This document shows positions 35,119 through 45,033 of a stretch of DNA of 64,000 bases, one piece after another; the first letter of the stretch is position 1, and each line of letters begins with the position of its first letter. The notes under the pieces are model-generated. The model saw only the letters and a list, made by a program, of their open reading frames with translations. It ran no database searches and had not been told where the DNA came from. The position numbers and the translations under genes were made by a program. The DNA is from Desulfobacterales bacterium (GTDB lineage Bacteria > Desulfobacterota > Desulfobulbia > Desulfobulbales > BM004): contig JAKITW010000005.1 in the NCBI GenBank assembly GCA_021647905.1, forward strand, positions 181 to 64,180, written 5' to 3'.

Positions 35119-35196
35119 GTCCGCTACGCCGTTCGGTATAAGAAAACCCCTTTCCCGGTCCAACCTCAAATGTACGGGGTTTACCGAAACCTTACA
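35119..35196 (-). repeat. family-D 78-bp repeat, copy 2 (3' of the HD-GYP gene)
   Basis: Reverse complement of 22575-22652 (75/78 identical). Like copy 1, it lies in sense orientation shortly after a stop codon (35234, minus strand). Confidence 0.85.
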
Positions 35197-35233
35197 CAAG
35201 GAGGATGATCCGCAGGGTAATGAAGAGTCTGGA

Positions 35234-36226
35234 TCAGCGTTTGAAAAGCTTTAAAAAGGTCTCGAACAACTCCTGATCAATGTCAGAGACAACCTCTTCC
35301 TTCATCAGCTTGAGGGCGGCAAAAGAGGTCCGCGCTTTTTTGTAGGGTCGTTTTGCGGTCAGGGCCTCGTAGATGTCGGCCAGCCGGCAGATGCGGGCAT
35401 AGGGATGGATTTCCTTCCTCTTGAGCCCGTTGGGATAGCCGGAGCCGTCGTCCCGTTCGTGGTGCTGCAGGGTGATTATCTTGATCTCCTCGGTCATTAT
35501 CCCGCATTTCTGCAGGATATTGAAGCCGTCGTCAGGGTGCCTGTTGACGATCACCCGCTCGGCCGGTGTCAACGGCCCGGGCTTGTTGAGGATCTCCAGG
35601 GGGATCATGCTTTTTCCCATATCATGCAGAAAAAATCCAGCCCCGAACGCCTTGAGCTTGCCGACCGATTGGTGACCGTAGAAATGGCGGGCCAGGGCGA
35701 TGCTGAAGATGCCGACATTGGTGGAGTGGGTATAGGTCGACTGGTCGTAACTGGTGAGATTGAAAAGACATTTGGTGGCCACGTTGTCGGAGATGATCAG
35801 GTCCATGGTCGGGGAGATGGCATCCACTGCCGTGGCGATAAAAGAGGCGCGGGGATCTTCGTGGATCCGTTCCAGGATGTCCCGGCAGGAGTTGTAGACC
35901 ACCGCCGCCTTCTTGGGGGCGCTGACATGGGGGTCGGCAACGATCTTCAGACAGACCTCGCGCAGGTACTTGAAGTAAAGGGGAGCCTCCTCTTCCTGGA
36001 TATAGAGATTCGCCTGGCCCCGGTCCGCCAGTTTCTCGGGCAGGGACCGGTCAAGGGGCAGCCCTTTCTGGGCCAGCAGAACGTAGCGATGCGGCCCCAC
36101 GTTCCTGAACAGATTGCAGGGGGCCCTGCCGTGGCCGTTGATCACGCTCAGGCCGACGCAGAGCCAGCCGGCGGTCTTTTTAACGGCAGGCGCTGCCGAC
36201 GTTATCCTGTTTTGATCTTGAGACAT
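35234..36226 (-). CDS. HD-GYP domain c-di-GMP phosphodiesterase
   Basis: 330 aa with HSTNVG...HDMGK...HHERDDGSGYP motifs. Confidence 0.9.
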   Translation of the reverse strand: MSQDQNRITSAAPAVKKTAGWLCVGLSVINGHGRAPCNLFRNVGPHRYVLLAQKGLPLDRSLPEKLADRGQANLYIQEEEAPLYFKYLREVCLKIVADPHVSAPKKAAVVYNSCRDILERIHEDPRASFIATAVDAISPTMDLIISDNVATKCLFNLTSYDQSTYTHSTNVGIFSIALARHFYGHQSVGKLKAFGAGFFLHDMGKSMIPLEILNKPGPLTPAERVIVNRHPDDGFNILQKCGIMTEEIKIITLQHHERDDGSGYPNGLKRKEIHPYARICRLADIYEALTAKRPYKKARTSFAALKLMKEEVVSDIDQELFETFLKLFKR

Positions 36227-36341
36227 TTATTATATTCCCGGAAAAGACGATCAGCAGTCACCGGATCAAGCATGGCGCTGACCTCATATTGAACAGTTTG
36301 CATATACAGGTTGCCGGAATCGGGCGGCCCCCTGGCCGGGC

Positions 36342-37919
36342 TCATCCGCCCAGCAAGCCGATCCTCTGGTACCACTTGCCGCGCTCCGGTTCATACCCCT
36401 CGACCCGGTTGCGCCCCTTTTTCTTGGCCTCGTACAGGGCCGCGTCGGCGCGGGCAAGGAAGACATCCTTGCCCATCTTCTGCTCATCAGCGGTAAGGGT
36501 CGCTACGCCGAAGCTGGCGGTGACATCGTACGTTTCCCGGCCCTTGCGGAAATCATGACTCCGGGCCGCCGCCCGCAGCTGTTCGGCAACGCTCAGGGCC
36601 TGGTCCGCCGCTGTTTCGGGCAGCAGCACGGCGAATTCATCGCCGCCGTAGCGGGCCAGCAGGTCGTATTCGCGCAGCAGGCCACGCCAGACCCGGCATG
36701 CTTCGCGGAGCACGAAATCACCGGCCTGGTGGCCGTATAAGTCGTTGGTCTCCTTGAACTTGTCGAGATCGACCAGCACCAGGCTCAAGGGGCGGCCGGA
36801 GCGGATCGCCAGGCTCAGTTCCCGGGCCAGGCTCTCCTGAAAGTACCGGTGGTTATAGATCCCGGTCAATCCGTCCAGATTGGCGATGTTCTCCAGGTAG
36901 CGGTTCTTTTCCTGCAGTTCGGCGTTGAGTTTCTTCAGGGCCACCTTGGCCTCGACCAGTTCCCGGTTGATCTGCGCGTAGGACATGTTAAGCAGGCTCA
37001 GTTCGATATTGGCCTTCTGCAGGATCTCCGGAATCGACGGGATCCCGGCGATTTTCAGGTGAAAGTAATCAGCGGCCCGGGCCACTTCGTCGCCAGCGTT
37101 TTCCAGGACCCGATCGATATCGTTTCCGCAGAGGCCGAGCAGCCTGTCGGCCTGTTTGCGAAACCGGTCGGCCGAGTTGATCGGGTCGTCTGAGTAGAGG
37201 ATCCGGGTCACCAGGCCGGCCAGGTGGGATATCCGGATCGCCTTGACCATCTCCGGGTCCCTGCCAGGGTATTTATCCGGCGCGTGGTGGTAGAGGATCG
37301 GCTCGGAAAGGGAGGCCGGGAACTGCCAGTGCCGCGTTGCCGCATTTCCGATAAAGGGATGCCCGGCCCCGATCCGGGCCTCTTCCAGCGCGACCAGCGA
37401 ATCCCGGTCATCGCTCTGGTCAGCCTCGGCGAGCAGCTCGTCATAGATCCGCGGATAGGTCTGGGCAAGGATCAGTATCCCGATATTCTGCAGCAGACAG
37501 GCGGTAAACACCTCCTCGGAGTCCATGCTGATCTTGATCCGTTCGGCGAGCATCTTGCCCGACACCGCTGTTGCCAGCGACTGTTCCCAGAACCTGTGAT
37601 AGTCAAAGCCGCCGTCGCGGCGCGTCTTTTCCATGTTTAAAAAGGAAAACGACAGTACCAGGTTGCGCACGGCATTGGTGCCGAGGATTGTCACGGCCTG
37701 CTGGATGTTGCCGACTTCGTTGGGAAAGTTGTAGAAGGCGGAGTTGACCAGCTTGAGTACCTTGGCTGAGAGCGAGATGTCCTGGGTGATCAGGCCGGTG
37801 ATCTCGGCAATGGTCGTCTCCTCCCGGCCGGTGATACTGATCAATTTGGAGGCCACACTGGAGAGAGTGGGCAGGGATTTCGACTGCAGTACCTGGGTAA
37901 GAACTTCCTCGCGGGTCAT
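36342..37919 (-). CDS. HDOD domain / GGDEF diguanylate cyclase
   Basis: 525 aa. N-terminal HDOD domain (LPTLSSVASKLISI...VLKLVNSAFY), a coiled coil, and a C-terminal GGDEF domain with an intact GGDEF motif (RYGGDEFAVLLPE). Confidence 0.9.
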   Translation of the reverse strand: MTREEVLTQVLQSKSLPTLSSVASKLISITGREETTIAEITGLITQDISLSAKVLKLVNSAFYNFPNEVGNIQQAVTILGTNAVRNLVLSFSFLNMEKTRRDGGFDYHRFWEQSLATAVSGKMLAERIKISMDSEEVFTACLLQNIGILILAQTYPRIYDELLAEADQSDDRDSLVALEEARIGAGHPFIGNAATRHWQFPASLSEPILYHHAPDKYPGRDPEMVKAIRISHLAGLVTRILYSDDPINSADRFRKQADRLLGLCGNDIDRVLENAGDEVARAADYFHLKIAGIPSIPEILQKANIELSLLNMSYAQINRELVEAKVALKKLNAELQEKNRYLENIANLDGLTGIYNHRYFQESLARELSLAIRSGRPLSLVLVDLDKFKETNDLYGHQAGDFVLREACRVWRGLLREYDLLARYGGDEFAVLLPETAADQALSVAEQLRAAARSHDFRKGRETYDVTASFGVATLTADEQKMGKDVFLARADAALYEAKKKGRNRVEGYEPERGKWYQRIGLLGG

Positions 37920-38096
37920 GGCATGCCTCGGAGATATATTCTCTGGATGAATTCCGCCCCGGACAAAGCGCCTGGTCCGGAGAGATTTTCATATAACCTA
38001 CTATCGTCAGACTTTTCCTGTTTCTTTACCTTGCCGGCCGATTTCCGGGCGATCCGGTGCAGCGGGTCGTTGCCGGCCGCCGGTGGCCGGTTATGC

Positions 38097-38945
38097 TCAG
38101 GGGCGCTGGACGATGAGCACCGCCAGTCCGTTTGCCCGGGCCCGCTCCGCCGCCTGCCGGGCCGTGGCCATATCGGCGTAACCGCCAAAAGTGAGGGTGG
38201 TCACCGGCAAGGTGACCTGCACCGGTTCTTCCTCAACCCGCACCCCCTGTCGAGCCAACCGCGCCGCAAGGTCACGGGCCCTGCGGGTATCGGAAAAGGA
38301 ACCGGCATAGACCGCGGTCCGGTCCCCCTTTGGCAGCAAAAAAACATCAGGGGCCAGGGCCTTTAGTTCGCGCGCCCTGGCCCGGGCCTGTTCAAGGGGA
38401 TAGCGGCCGACCCGCAGCCGGGTCATCTTCGTGGTCTGCCGGCCCTTTTCCAGGCGAGGCTCAAAGCCGAGGGAACGGATGGTCTTTTCCGCCCTGGCCA
38501 GGTCTTCGGGAACGAGAAAGGGCCCTCCCTGCAGGACGTATTTGTCCGGCCGGGCAACCGGCGCGGACAACTCCATTGGCTCCGGCCCGGTTGCCGGCGC
38601 AACCAGGGCCGGGCCGGTTGCGGCCCGGCCCCGGGCAACGGGCTTTTCGCTGTTTTCCTTTTGCAACGGGCGTTCAGCCGGCCTTGTCTCAAGGGGGACC
38701 GGGGCCGGTTGCCGGCTGGGACCAGCCGGGGTCGGCACCAGGGCGGGCGGTTGTTTTTCGGCAACCGGGGGCAACGAATTGCCCAGAAAATAATAGCCGG
38801 CCGCCAGACATAACAGCAGGAGGAACAGCACCAGCAACAGTGAGCGTGACAGGAAACTCCGGGGCCGGCGGGCAGAATACCCGGTCACCTTGCCGGGCCC
38901 CTCTTCCCCCTTTTCATTAAAATCAATGCCATTCTTATTTGTCAT
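38097..38945 (-). CDS. SPOR domain-containing membrane-anchored protein
   Basis: 282 aa with one TM segment, a Pro-rich linker and two SPOR-like repeats (YVLQGGPF...ARAEKTIRSL; VYAGSFSDTRRARDLAARL...FGGYADMATARQAAERA). Confidence 0.65.
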   Translation of the reverse strand: MTNKNGIDFNEKGEEGPGKVTGYSARRPRSFLSRSLLLVLFLLLLCLAAGYYFLGNSLPPVAEKQPPALVPTPAGPSRQPAPVPLETRPAERPLQKENSEKPVARGRAATGPALVAPATGPEPMELSAPVARPDKYVLQGGPFLVPEDLARAEKTIRSLGFEPRLEKGRQTTKMTRLRVGRYPLEQARARARELKALAPDVFLLPKGDRTAVYAGSFSDTRRARDLAARLARQGVRVEEEPVQVTLPVTTLTFGGYADMATARQAAERARANGLAVLIVQRP

Positions 38946-38975
38946 GGCGGGACAGTCCTTCTTCTTGTCAAACCC

Positions 38976-39827
38976 TTACCGGAATATCAGCGCGATCTTT
39001 TCCGCCTCGGCAAAGGAAGCATCAATCATGTTGCCGACCAGGCCGGTTTCCATCTGAAACTCTTCCCGGCAGGCGGCCAGCAGTTTTTCCGTGCCATCGT
39101 TTTCATCATTGTAGCGAAGATGGGCGACCAGTCTGACCGCCGGATCGATCCGGCTGCTGTCGGTTGGGCCGTGGTGGCCGTCTATGGCGTTGACCAGATA
39201 ACCCGGCAGGCCCCATTTCTCGGCGATCAGGGCCCCGACCCGGGCATGATCGTAACCCAGGGCCGCCCTTTCAAGGGAGGCAAGATCAAGGCCGGGATCT
39301 TCATCCCACCTCTGAAAAAGTTGGCAATAGGTCTCTTTTTTTGCGGTGGAAAGGACCGGGATGGCCATATCCTGCAGGAGAGCGGCGGTGAAACATTCGC
39401 CCTGGGTGGCGGCATGGAGATGCAGGGCGAGCATCCTGGCCAGGCCGGCCCGTCTTGCCGCCACCAGCCAGAAACGGGAGGTGTCAAGGCAGAAGGTGGT
39501 TGATGATGCCAGGGACTCCGTCACCGCAAAAGAGAGTACCATGGATTCAAGCCGGGCGCGACCCAGGAGGGTAACCGCATGATCCAGGTTGCCAACCTCT
39601 TTCAATAAACCGAATGATACCGAATTAACGAGCCTGAGAATCTTTACATGCATGCCCGGGTCCATCTGGATCTGTCCGGCGATCTCAAGCACGGATGACT
39701 CGGGATTTCGAAGCATGGCAAGGACCCTGGTTGTCACGGCCGGGAAACTGTGCAGTTCATAATTGCCCAGCAGGCCCTTGAGTTCTTTTTTGGGGTCGTT
39801 GTTTTTTTTGCGCCAGAAATTCAACAT
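38976..39827 (-). CDS. HDOD domain protein
   Basis: 283 aa stand-alone HDOD protein (FPAVTTRVLAMLRNPESS...ILRLVNSVSFGL...AVTLLG...HARVGALIAEKWGLP). Confidence 0.85.
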   Translation of the reverse strand: MLNFWRKKNNDPKKELKGLLGNYELHSFPAVTTRVLAMLRNPESSVLEIAGQIQMDPGMHVKILRLVNSVSFGLLKEVGNLDHAVTLLGRARLESMVLSFAVTESLASSTTFCLDTSRFWLVAARRAGLARMLALHLHAATQGECFTAALLQDMAIPVLSTAKKETYCQLFQRWDEDPGLDLASLERAALGYDHARVGALIAEKWGLPGYLVNAIDGHHGPTDSSRIDPAVRLVAHLRYNDENDGTEKLLAACREEFQMETGLVGNMIDASFAEAEKIALIFR

Positions 39828-39839
39828 GATATGGATGGA

Positions 39840-40877
39840 TTATTCGCCCCGGCGGGCTATCTTGTTATTGAATATGCTGAGAAGACCGCCCAGCATGATA
39901 TAGCCGGTCATTACCTCCAGCATGGCAACGAAACGGGCCGTTGGCGAGAGCGGCACGATATCCCCGTACCCCAGGGTGGTCAAGGTGACGATACTGAAGT
40001 ACAACCGTGTTCCCCAGGAGTCGTTTTCGCCCAGGGCGATGTTGACAAAGGAATAGAGCCAGGCGAACATCAGGGCCAGCGCCCCAATCATGACGCACCA
40101 GCGCAGGATACTCCGGCCGCAGTCGCTGGTCACCCACCAGAGAAAATAAAGTGCCCTGAAGAAGCTGTTCCGGTCCCTGAACTCCTTGAGATAGTTCTGA
40201 TCGACGACAAAACGACGCAGCCGGTAGGCCCCGGCGAAGTTGATATCCCTGATATCCGCGCCGATCCATTTCGCCTTTTCGAAGTTTTTCACCAGCCGGA
40301 GCCGGGCGTTGCGCAGGTCCGCGTCATTGAAAATCGACCCGCTCACATCACAGCGGGAAAGATCGGCGCCCCGGAGATCGGCCCCGGTAAGATCCGTCCC
40401 GGTAACGGTCGTCTCGCGCATCCGGGCGTTCTTCATGACGGCACAGCGCAGATCCACATTTATAAGCCTTGCCTTGCTCAGGGTGCTGGCTTCAAGATTA
40501 ACATTGAAAAGACGGGCATCATCCAGGTTTGCCATGCCGAAACCAGCTGCTTGACAGTCGGCCTCTTCAAGGTTGGCATTGGCGAGATCAGCTCCGGTGA
40601 AATCGGCGCGGCGGAGTTTTGCTTGAAAAAGGCTGGCATTCCGCAGATTGGCTTTAAAGAAACGGGCCCCGGAGAGATCCGCCCTGGTCAGATCTGATTC
40701 CGAAAGATCCGCCCCGGAAAAATCAAGGCCGCTCAGGTCCTGTTCGGTCAGGGATACGCCCCGGAAACTCAGCCCGGCAACAGGGGGCTGCCCGCCCTTG
40801 CTCCGCATCTCTTCAATTTTTGCCAGGGCCTGTTCCCGGGTCAGGGCCGAGGTTGGAGGTTTTTGTATATATTCCAT
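39840..40877 (-). CDS. pentapeptide-repeat domain fused to a 2-TM K+ channel pore
   Basis: 345 aa. About 190 aa of A(D/N)LXX pentapeptide repeats are followed by TM1, a pore helix with the selectivity filter TLTTLGYGD, and TM2. Confidence 0.8.
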   Translation of the reverse strand: MEYIQKPPTSALTREQALAKIEEMRSKGGQPPVAGLSFRGVSLTEQDLSGLDFSGADLSESDLTRADLSGARFFKANLRNASLFQAKLRRADFTGADLANANLEEADCQAAGFGMANLDDARLFNVNLEASTLSKARLINVDLRCAVMKNARMRETTVTGTDLTGADLRGADLSRCDVSGSIFNDADLRNARLRLVKNFEKAKWIGADIRDINFAGAYRLRRFVVDQNYLKEFRDRNSFFRALYFLWWVTSDCGRSILRWCVMIGALALMFAWLYSFVNIALGENDSWGTRLYFSIVTLTTLGYGDIVPLSPTARFVAMLEVMTGYIMLGGLLSIFNNKIARRGE

Positions 40878-40901
40878 GGCAACGGTACCGTCAACAGGAC
40901 A

Positions 40902-41369
40902 CTAGGACAGGATATAGCCGGCCAGTTGTTTGGCGTATTCTTCATTGTTGATGAATTCGCAGCCGATGTCCCGGCCGCGGGTCGAGACCACCCTGGCCTC
41001 TGTCCTGATCAGCGTGCCCCGGGGATCGTCCAGGACAAAGGCCACCCTGAGCCGGTCATCGATTCCAAGGGGCTGGTCGCTGCAGTCCATGAATCCGATA
41101 CCCTGCAGTGAGATGTTGGTCACCAGCATCGGCGCCCGGGGCTGTTCAACGGTGAGGTTGGTATACCCGCCCTTGAGCATGGTCTCCCGGCGGAACAGGC
41201 CCCGGGCCTCAAGGCGCACCTTAAAGATCGTGGCACAGTTGCAGCGGACGGTTTTGTCCAGATGGAGATCCCTGAATTCGGCAACCGGGACCGTGCGGGT
41301 GCCCCGGCACCGGGGGCAGCTGATATCCACGGTCCGGTCTTTTTTGATGATCACTGTCAGGGGATACAT
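40902..41369 (-). CDS. PilZ domain protein with N-terminal Cys-rich (zinc-ribbon-like) segment
   Basis: 155 aa. CPRC...CNC at the N-terminus; PilZ motifs RGLFRR and NISLQG. Confidence 0.7.
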   Translation of the reverse strand: MYPLTVIIKKDRTVDISCPRCRGTRTVPVAEFRDLHLDKTVRCNCATIFKVRLEARGLFRRETMLKGGYTNLTVEQPRAPMLVTNISLQGIGFMDCSDQPLGIDDRLRVAFVLDDPRGTLIRTEARVVSTRGRDIGCEFINNEEYAKQLAGYILS

Positions 41370-41375
41370 TCTTTC

Positions 41376-42137
41376 CTACTCCTCGTCCGAACAGAGGACT
41401 GCGCGAAAGTATTCCCGGTTGAGCCGGGCGATGTTGGTAATCGAAATGGATTTGGGACAGGCCTTTTCGCACTCCCGTTCATTGGAGCAGTTGCCGAAAC
41501 CGAGTTCGCCCATCTCGTTGACCAGCCCCAGTGCCCGCGCGGCCCGCTCCGGCCCGCCCTGGGGCAGCAGGGCCAGATGCGAGATCTTGGCGCCGACAAA
41601 GAGCATGGCCGAGGCATTGGGACAGGCGGCCACACAGGCGCCGCAGCCGATGCAGGCCGAGGCGTCCAGGGCCTTTTCAGCGACTTGCCGGGCAATGGGA
41701 ACAACATTGCCGTCCGGGGCGCCGCCGGTATTCACCGAGATATAGCCGCCCTTGACAATGATATCGTCCAGGCTGCTCCGGTTGATGATCAAATCTTTTT
41801 CCACCTTAAAGGCCCGGGCCCGGAAGGGCTCGATCACCAGGATGTCGTTGTCCTGGAAATGACGCAGGTGCAACTGGCAGAGGGTGGTCCCCTTTTCCGG
41901 GCCATGGGCCTGGCCGTTGACCATGGTTCCGCACATGCCGCAGATACCCTCGCGGCAGTCATGGTCAAAGGCAATGGGATCGCGGCCCTCAAGGGTCAGC
42001 TGTTCATTGACCACGTCGAGCATCTCCAGAAAGGACATGTCAGTGGAGACCGGGCCGGTTTCGTAGGTCGCAAGGGAGCCTCTGGCCCCGGGATCCGGCT
42101 GCCGCCAGACCTTCAGGGTTAAGCGGATGGTGCTCAC
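41376..42137 (-). CDS. sdhB: succinate dehydrogenase/fumarate reductase iron-sulfur subunit
   Basis: 253 aa with Cys clusters for 2Fe-2S (CREGICGMC), 4Fe-4S ([12 protein letters not shown]) and 3Fe-4S ([12 protein letters not shown]). Confidence 0.9.
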   Translation of the reverse strand: MSTIRLTLKVWRQPDPGARGSLATYETGPVSTDMSFLEMLDVVNEQLTLEGRDPIAFDHDCREGICGMCGTMVNGQAHGPEKGTTLCQLHLRHFQDNDILVIEPFRARAFKVEKDLIINRSSLDDIIVKGGYISVNTGGAPDGNVVPIARQVAEKALDASACIGCGACVAACPNASAMLFVGAKISHLALLPQGGPERAARALGLVNEMGELGFGNCSNERECEKACPKSISITNIARLNREYFRAVLCSDEE

Positions 42138-44047
42138 TTGTAACTCCTCCGGCTGGGCCGGACGTTTTCAAAGACCAGCGGTTCCCGGTACAGGGTCGGC
42201 TCCTGGTCAACGCCGGTATATTCCCAGGCCGAGACATGGGCGTACTCTTCATCGTTGCGCAGGGCCTCATGGTCCTCGGTCTGGCTCTCCTCCCGCAGGT
42301 GGCAACCGCAGGACTCCTTTCTCGCCAGGGCGTCCCGCACCATCAGTTCGGCAAACTCAAGATAATCAGCCACCCGGCCGGCCCGTTCCAGGGACTGGTT
42401 CAGCTCCTCGCCGCGGCCGGGCACCAGGACGTTTTGCCAGAACTCCGCGCGGATCTCCGGGATCTTTTTCAAGGCCTGGTTGAGGCCTTGTTCGTTTCTG
42501 GCCATGCCGCAGTGGTCCCAGAGCAGCATGCCCAATTCCCGGTGGATATCGTCCACCGTGCGACTGCCGTTGATTGCCAGCAGTCTGTCGGTCATCTCGG
42601 TAGCGAATCTGCGGGCCGCGCTGAATTCATCCTGCTCAACATCCCGGGGCGCGGGCCCGGCCTCGGCCAGGTAATTGCCCAGGGTGGCCGGGATGATGAA
42701 GTAGCCGTCCGCCAGCCCCTGCATCAGGGCGCTGGCGCCCAGCCGGTTGGCCCCGTGGTCGGAGAAGTTGGCCTCGCCCAGCGCGAAAAGACCGGGGATG
42801 GTGGTCATCAGGTTGTAGTCCACCCAAAGGCCGCCCATGGTGTAGTGGACCGCCGGATAGATCAGCATTGGTTCGCGCATCGGGTCGCTGGCCGTGATTT
42901 TTTCGTACATCTGGAAGAGGTTGCCGTACTGCCGTTCGATCTCCGGAGCGCCCTGCCGGCGGATCGCCTCGGCAAAATCAAGGTACACCGCCCGGCCGGT
43001 ATTGCCCACCCCCTTGCCCTGGTCGCACTGCTCCTTGGCGTTGCGCGAGGCCACGTCCCGGGGCACCAGGTTGCCGAAACCGGGATATCTCCGCTCCAGG
43101 TAATAGTCCCGCTCCTCCTCCGGGATCTCGTCCGGGGGCCGGCGGTCGCCCTTTTGTTTCGGCACCCAGACCCGGCCGTCGTTGCGCAGGCTCTCGCTCA
43201 TCAGGGTCAGCTTGGACTGGTAGTCGCCATGCACCGGGATACAGGTGGGATGGATCTGGACAAAGCCGGGGTTGGCAAACAGGGCCCCCTGTTTATGGGC
43301 CCGCCAGCAGGCCGAGACATTGGAGTTCATTGCGTTGGTGGACAGGAAATAGACGTTGCCGTACCCGCCGGTGGCCAGGACCACTGCATCGGCGCCATGG
43401 GATTCCAACCGTCCGGTGCGCAGGTCGCGGACCACGATCCCCTGGGCCCGGTTGCCGGCCTTTACCAGTTCCAGCATCTCCCGCCGGGGAAAAAGCCGGA
43501 CCCGGCCCGTTTTCACCTGGCGCATCAGGGCACCGTAGGCCCCGAGCAGCAGTTGTTGGCCGGTCTGGCCCCGGGCGTAGAAGGTGCGCGACACCTGGGC
43601 CCCGCCGAACGAACGGTTGGCCAGCAGGCCGCCGTATTCCCGGGCAAAGGGTACGCCCTGGGCCACGCATTGATCGATGATGTTGTTGCTGATCTGGGCC
43701 AGCCGATAGACATTGGCCTCCCGGGCCCGGAAATCGCCGCCCTTGATGGTATCGTGGAACAGGCGGAAGATGGAGTCGCCGTCGTTGGGATAGTTCTTGG
43801 CCGCGTTGATCCCGCCCTGGGCCGCGATACTGTGCGCCCGCCGCGGGCTGTCGTGGAGACAGAAGGTCTTGACATTATAGCCCTGTTCGGCCAGGCTGGC
43901 CGCGGCCGAGGCCCCGGCCAGGCCGGTGCCCACCACGATGATCTTGAATTTTCTTTTATTGGCCGGGCTGACCAACCGGCTGGCGAACCGGTGGCTGTCC
44001 CATTTTTCAGCCAGCGGGCCGGCGGGTATCTTGGCATCCAGTATCAT
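42134..44047 (-). CDS. sdhA: succinate dehydrogenase/fumarate reductase flavoprotein subunit
   Basis: 637 aa. FAD-binding [10 protein letters not shown], covalent-FAD His context [14 protein letters not shown], and HPT...HYTMGG blocks. Confidence 0.95.
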   Translation of the reverse strand: MILDAKIPAGPLAEKWDSHRFASRLVSPANKRKFKIIVVGTGLAGASAAASLAEQGYNVKTFCLHDSPRRAHSIAAQGGINAAKNYPNDGDSIFRLFHDTIKGGDFRAREANVYRLAQISNNIIDQCVAQGVPFAREYGGLLANRSFGGAQVSRTFYARGQTGQQLLLGAYGALMRQVKTGRVRLFPRREMLELVKAGNRAQGIVVRDLRTGRLESHGADAVVLATGGYGNVYFLSTNAMNSNVSACWRAHKQGALFANPGFVQIHPTCIPVHGDYQSKLTLMSESLRNDGRVWVPKQKGDRRPPDEIPEEERDYYLERRYPGFGNLVPRDVASRNAKEQCDQGKGVGNTGRAVYLDFAEAIRRQGAPEIERQYGNLFQMYEKITASDPMREPMLIYPAVHYTMGGLWVDYNLMTTIPGLFALGEANFSDHGANRLGASALMQGLADGYFIIPATLGNYLAEAGPAPRDVEQDEFSAARRFATEMTDRLLAINGSRTVDDIHRELGMLLWDHCGMARNEQGLNQALKKIPEIRAEFWQNVLVPGRGEELNQSLERAGRVADYLEFAELMVRDALARKESCGCHLREESQTEDHEALRNDEEYAHVSAWEYTGVDQEPTLYREPLVFENVRPSRRSYK

Positions 44048-44111
44048 TTGTTTCTTTGTCTTCCAGTCTTGTGAATAGCGGTACTTGCCGGTTCCACGGT
44101 TTATTCCGGAA

Positions 44112-44765
44112 CTATTCCAAAAGAAACCGTTGCGACAGCATGGCCAGGGTGGGGATCAGGATGAAGACCGCGCCGATCAGCAGACTGATCGCCAGGGCCC
44201 CGTTTCTTACCAGCGGCTCGTACTTGGGATGACTGAGGCCGAGGCTCTGGAACATGCTCCAGAAACCATGGCTGAGATGAAGCCCCAGCGCGGCCATGGA
44301 CAGGATATAGAAGAGTCCGTAGCCGGGCTGGTGCAGGGTCGAGCGGACCAGGTCGGCGATCTCCACCTCTCCGTTGGTGAAGTGAAAATTGGCAAGATGG
44401 ACCAGCACAAAGACCAGGATGACAAGTCCGGTGTAGGGCATGGTCCGGGCTCCCCAGTGGCCGGCTTGCCGTTTGTAGACGGCATAGCGTTGCGGCCGGG
44501 CTCTGAGGTTTTCCAGATAGAGGAGCGCGGCCAGAATGACGTGGACCGCAAACAGCGAAACAAGCATTGCCTCGAACAGCTGGATCAGCGGGCCCAGGCG
44601 GTGCAGGTGTTCGGCATAGGAGAGAAAGGCCTGGCGGCCCATGAAGGCGGTGAGATTACCGAGCAGGTGGATCAGTAAAAAAAACCCGAGACCAGCGCCG
44701 GAAAGCGCCATCAACCCTTTTTTGCCAAGCGGGGTGGAGATGATCCCCCTAAGGAGCCGCAGCAT
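44112..44765 (-). CDS. sdhC: succinate dehydrogenase/fumarate reductase cytochrome b subunit (single-subunit, type B-like anchor)
   Basis: 217 aa, about 5 TM segments with conserved His residues. It is the first gene of the C-A-B operon on the minus strand. Confidence 0.75.
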   Translation of the reverse strand: MLRLLRGIISTPLGKKGLMALSGAGLGFFLLIHLLGNLTAFMGRQAFLSYAEHLHRLGPLIQLFEAMLVSLFAVHVILAALLYLENLRARPQRYAVYKRQAGHWGARTMPYTGLVILVFVLVHLANFHFTNGEVEIADLVRSTLHQPGYGLFYILSMAALGLHLSHGFWSMFQSLGLSHPKYEPLVRNGALAISLLIGAVFILIPTLAMLSQRFLLE

Positions 44766-44838
44766 ACCATTCCTTGCAGATCGGTCTGATTTTGAAGTAA
44801 GTTGCCAGAAGGATCGCTCCCTGGATTATGGAATTGTG

Positions 44839-44990
44839 GTAAGCGTTCACCAGCACCTCATCTTCGCCCATTCCGGCCTGCTCGAATAGCACCAGTATGC
44901 TTCGCAGTCCCGAATGAACGAATCTAAGCCACTGGTAAACGCTTACGGGCATGAGATTACCGTAAATCCATACCCCCGGTGAACGGTTAC
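44839..44990 (+). repeat. family-A structured intergenic element (A3, intermediate divergence)
   Basis: The 5' arm GTAAGCGTTCACCAG (44839-44853) is followed by GCACCTCATCTTCGC. The 3' arm CTGGTAAACGCTTAC is at 44932-44946 and the second arm CCCGGTGAACGGTTAC at 44975-44990. Confidence 0.8.
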
Positions 44991-45033
44991 GAATTGTGAT
45001 TACCGTTGCAAAGCCTAACAGACAAGAGAAAAA

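Noticed and set aside
31617-41369. Search for c-di-GMP riboswitches (GEMM-I/II-like conserved cores) in intergenic regions of the c-di-GMP island and in the flagellar leaders.
   Set aside because: By eye I could not find the conserved GEMM cores. Only vague resemblances were seen, for example GCGCAAATCTGCGG at 3627-3640. A covariance-model scan would be needed to exclude them formally.
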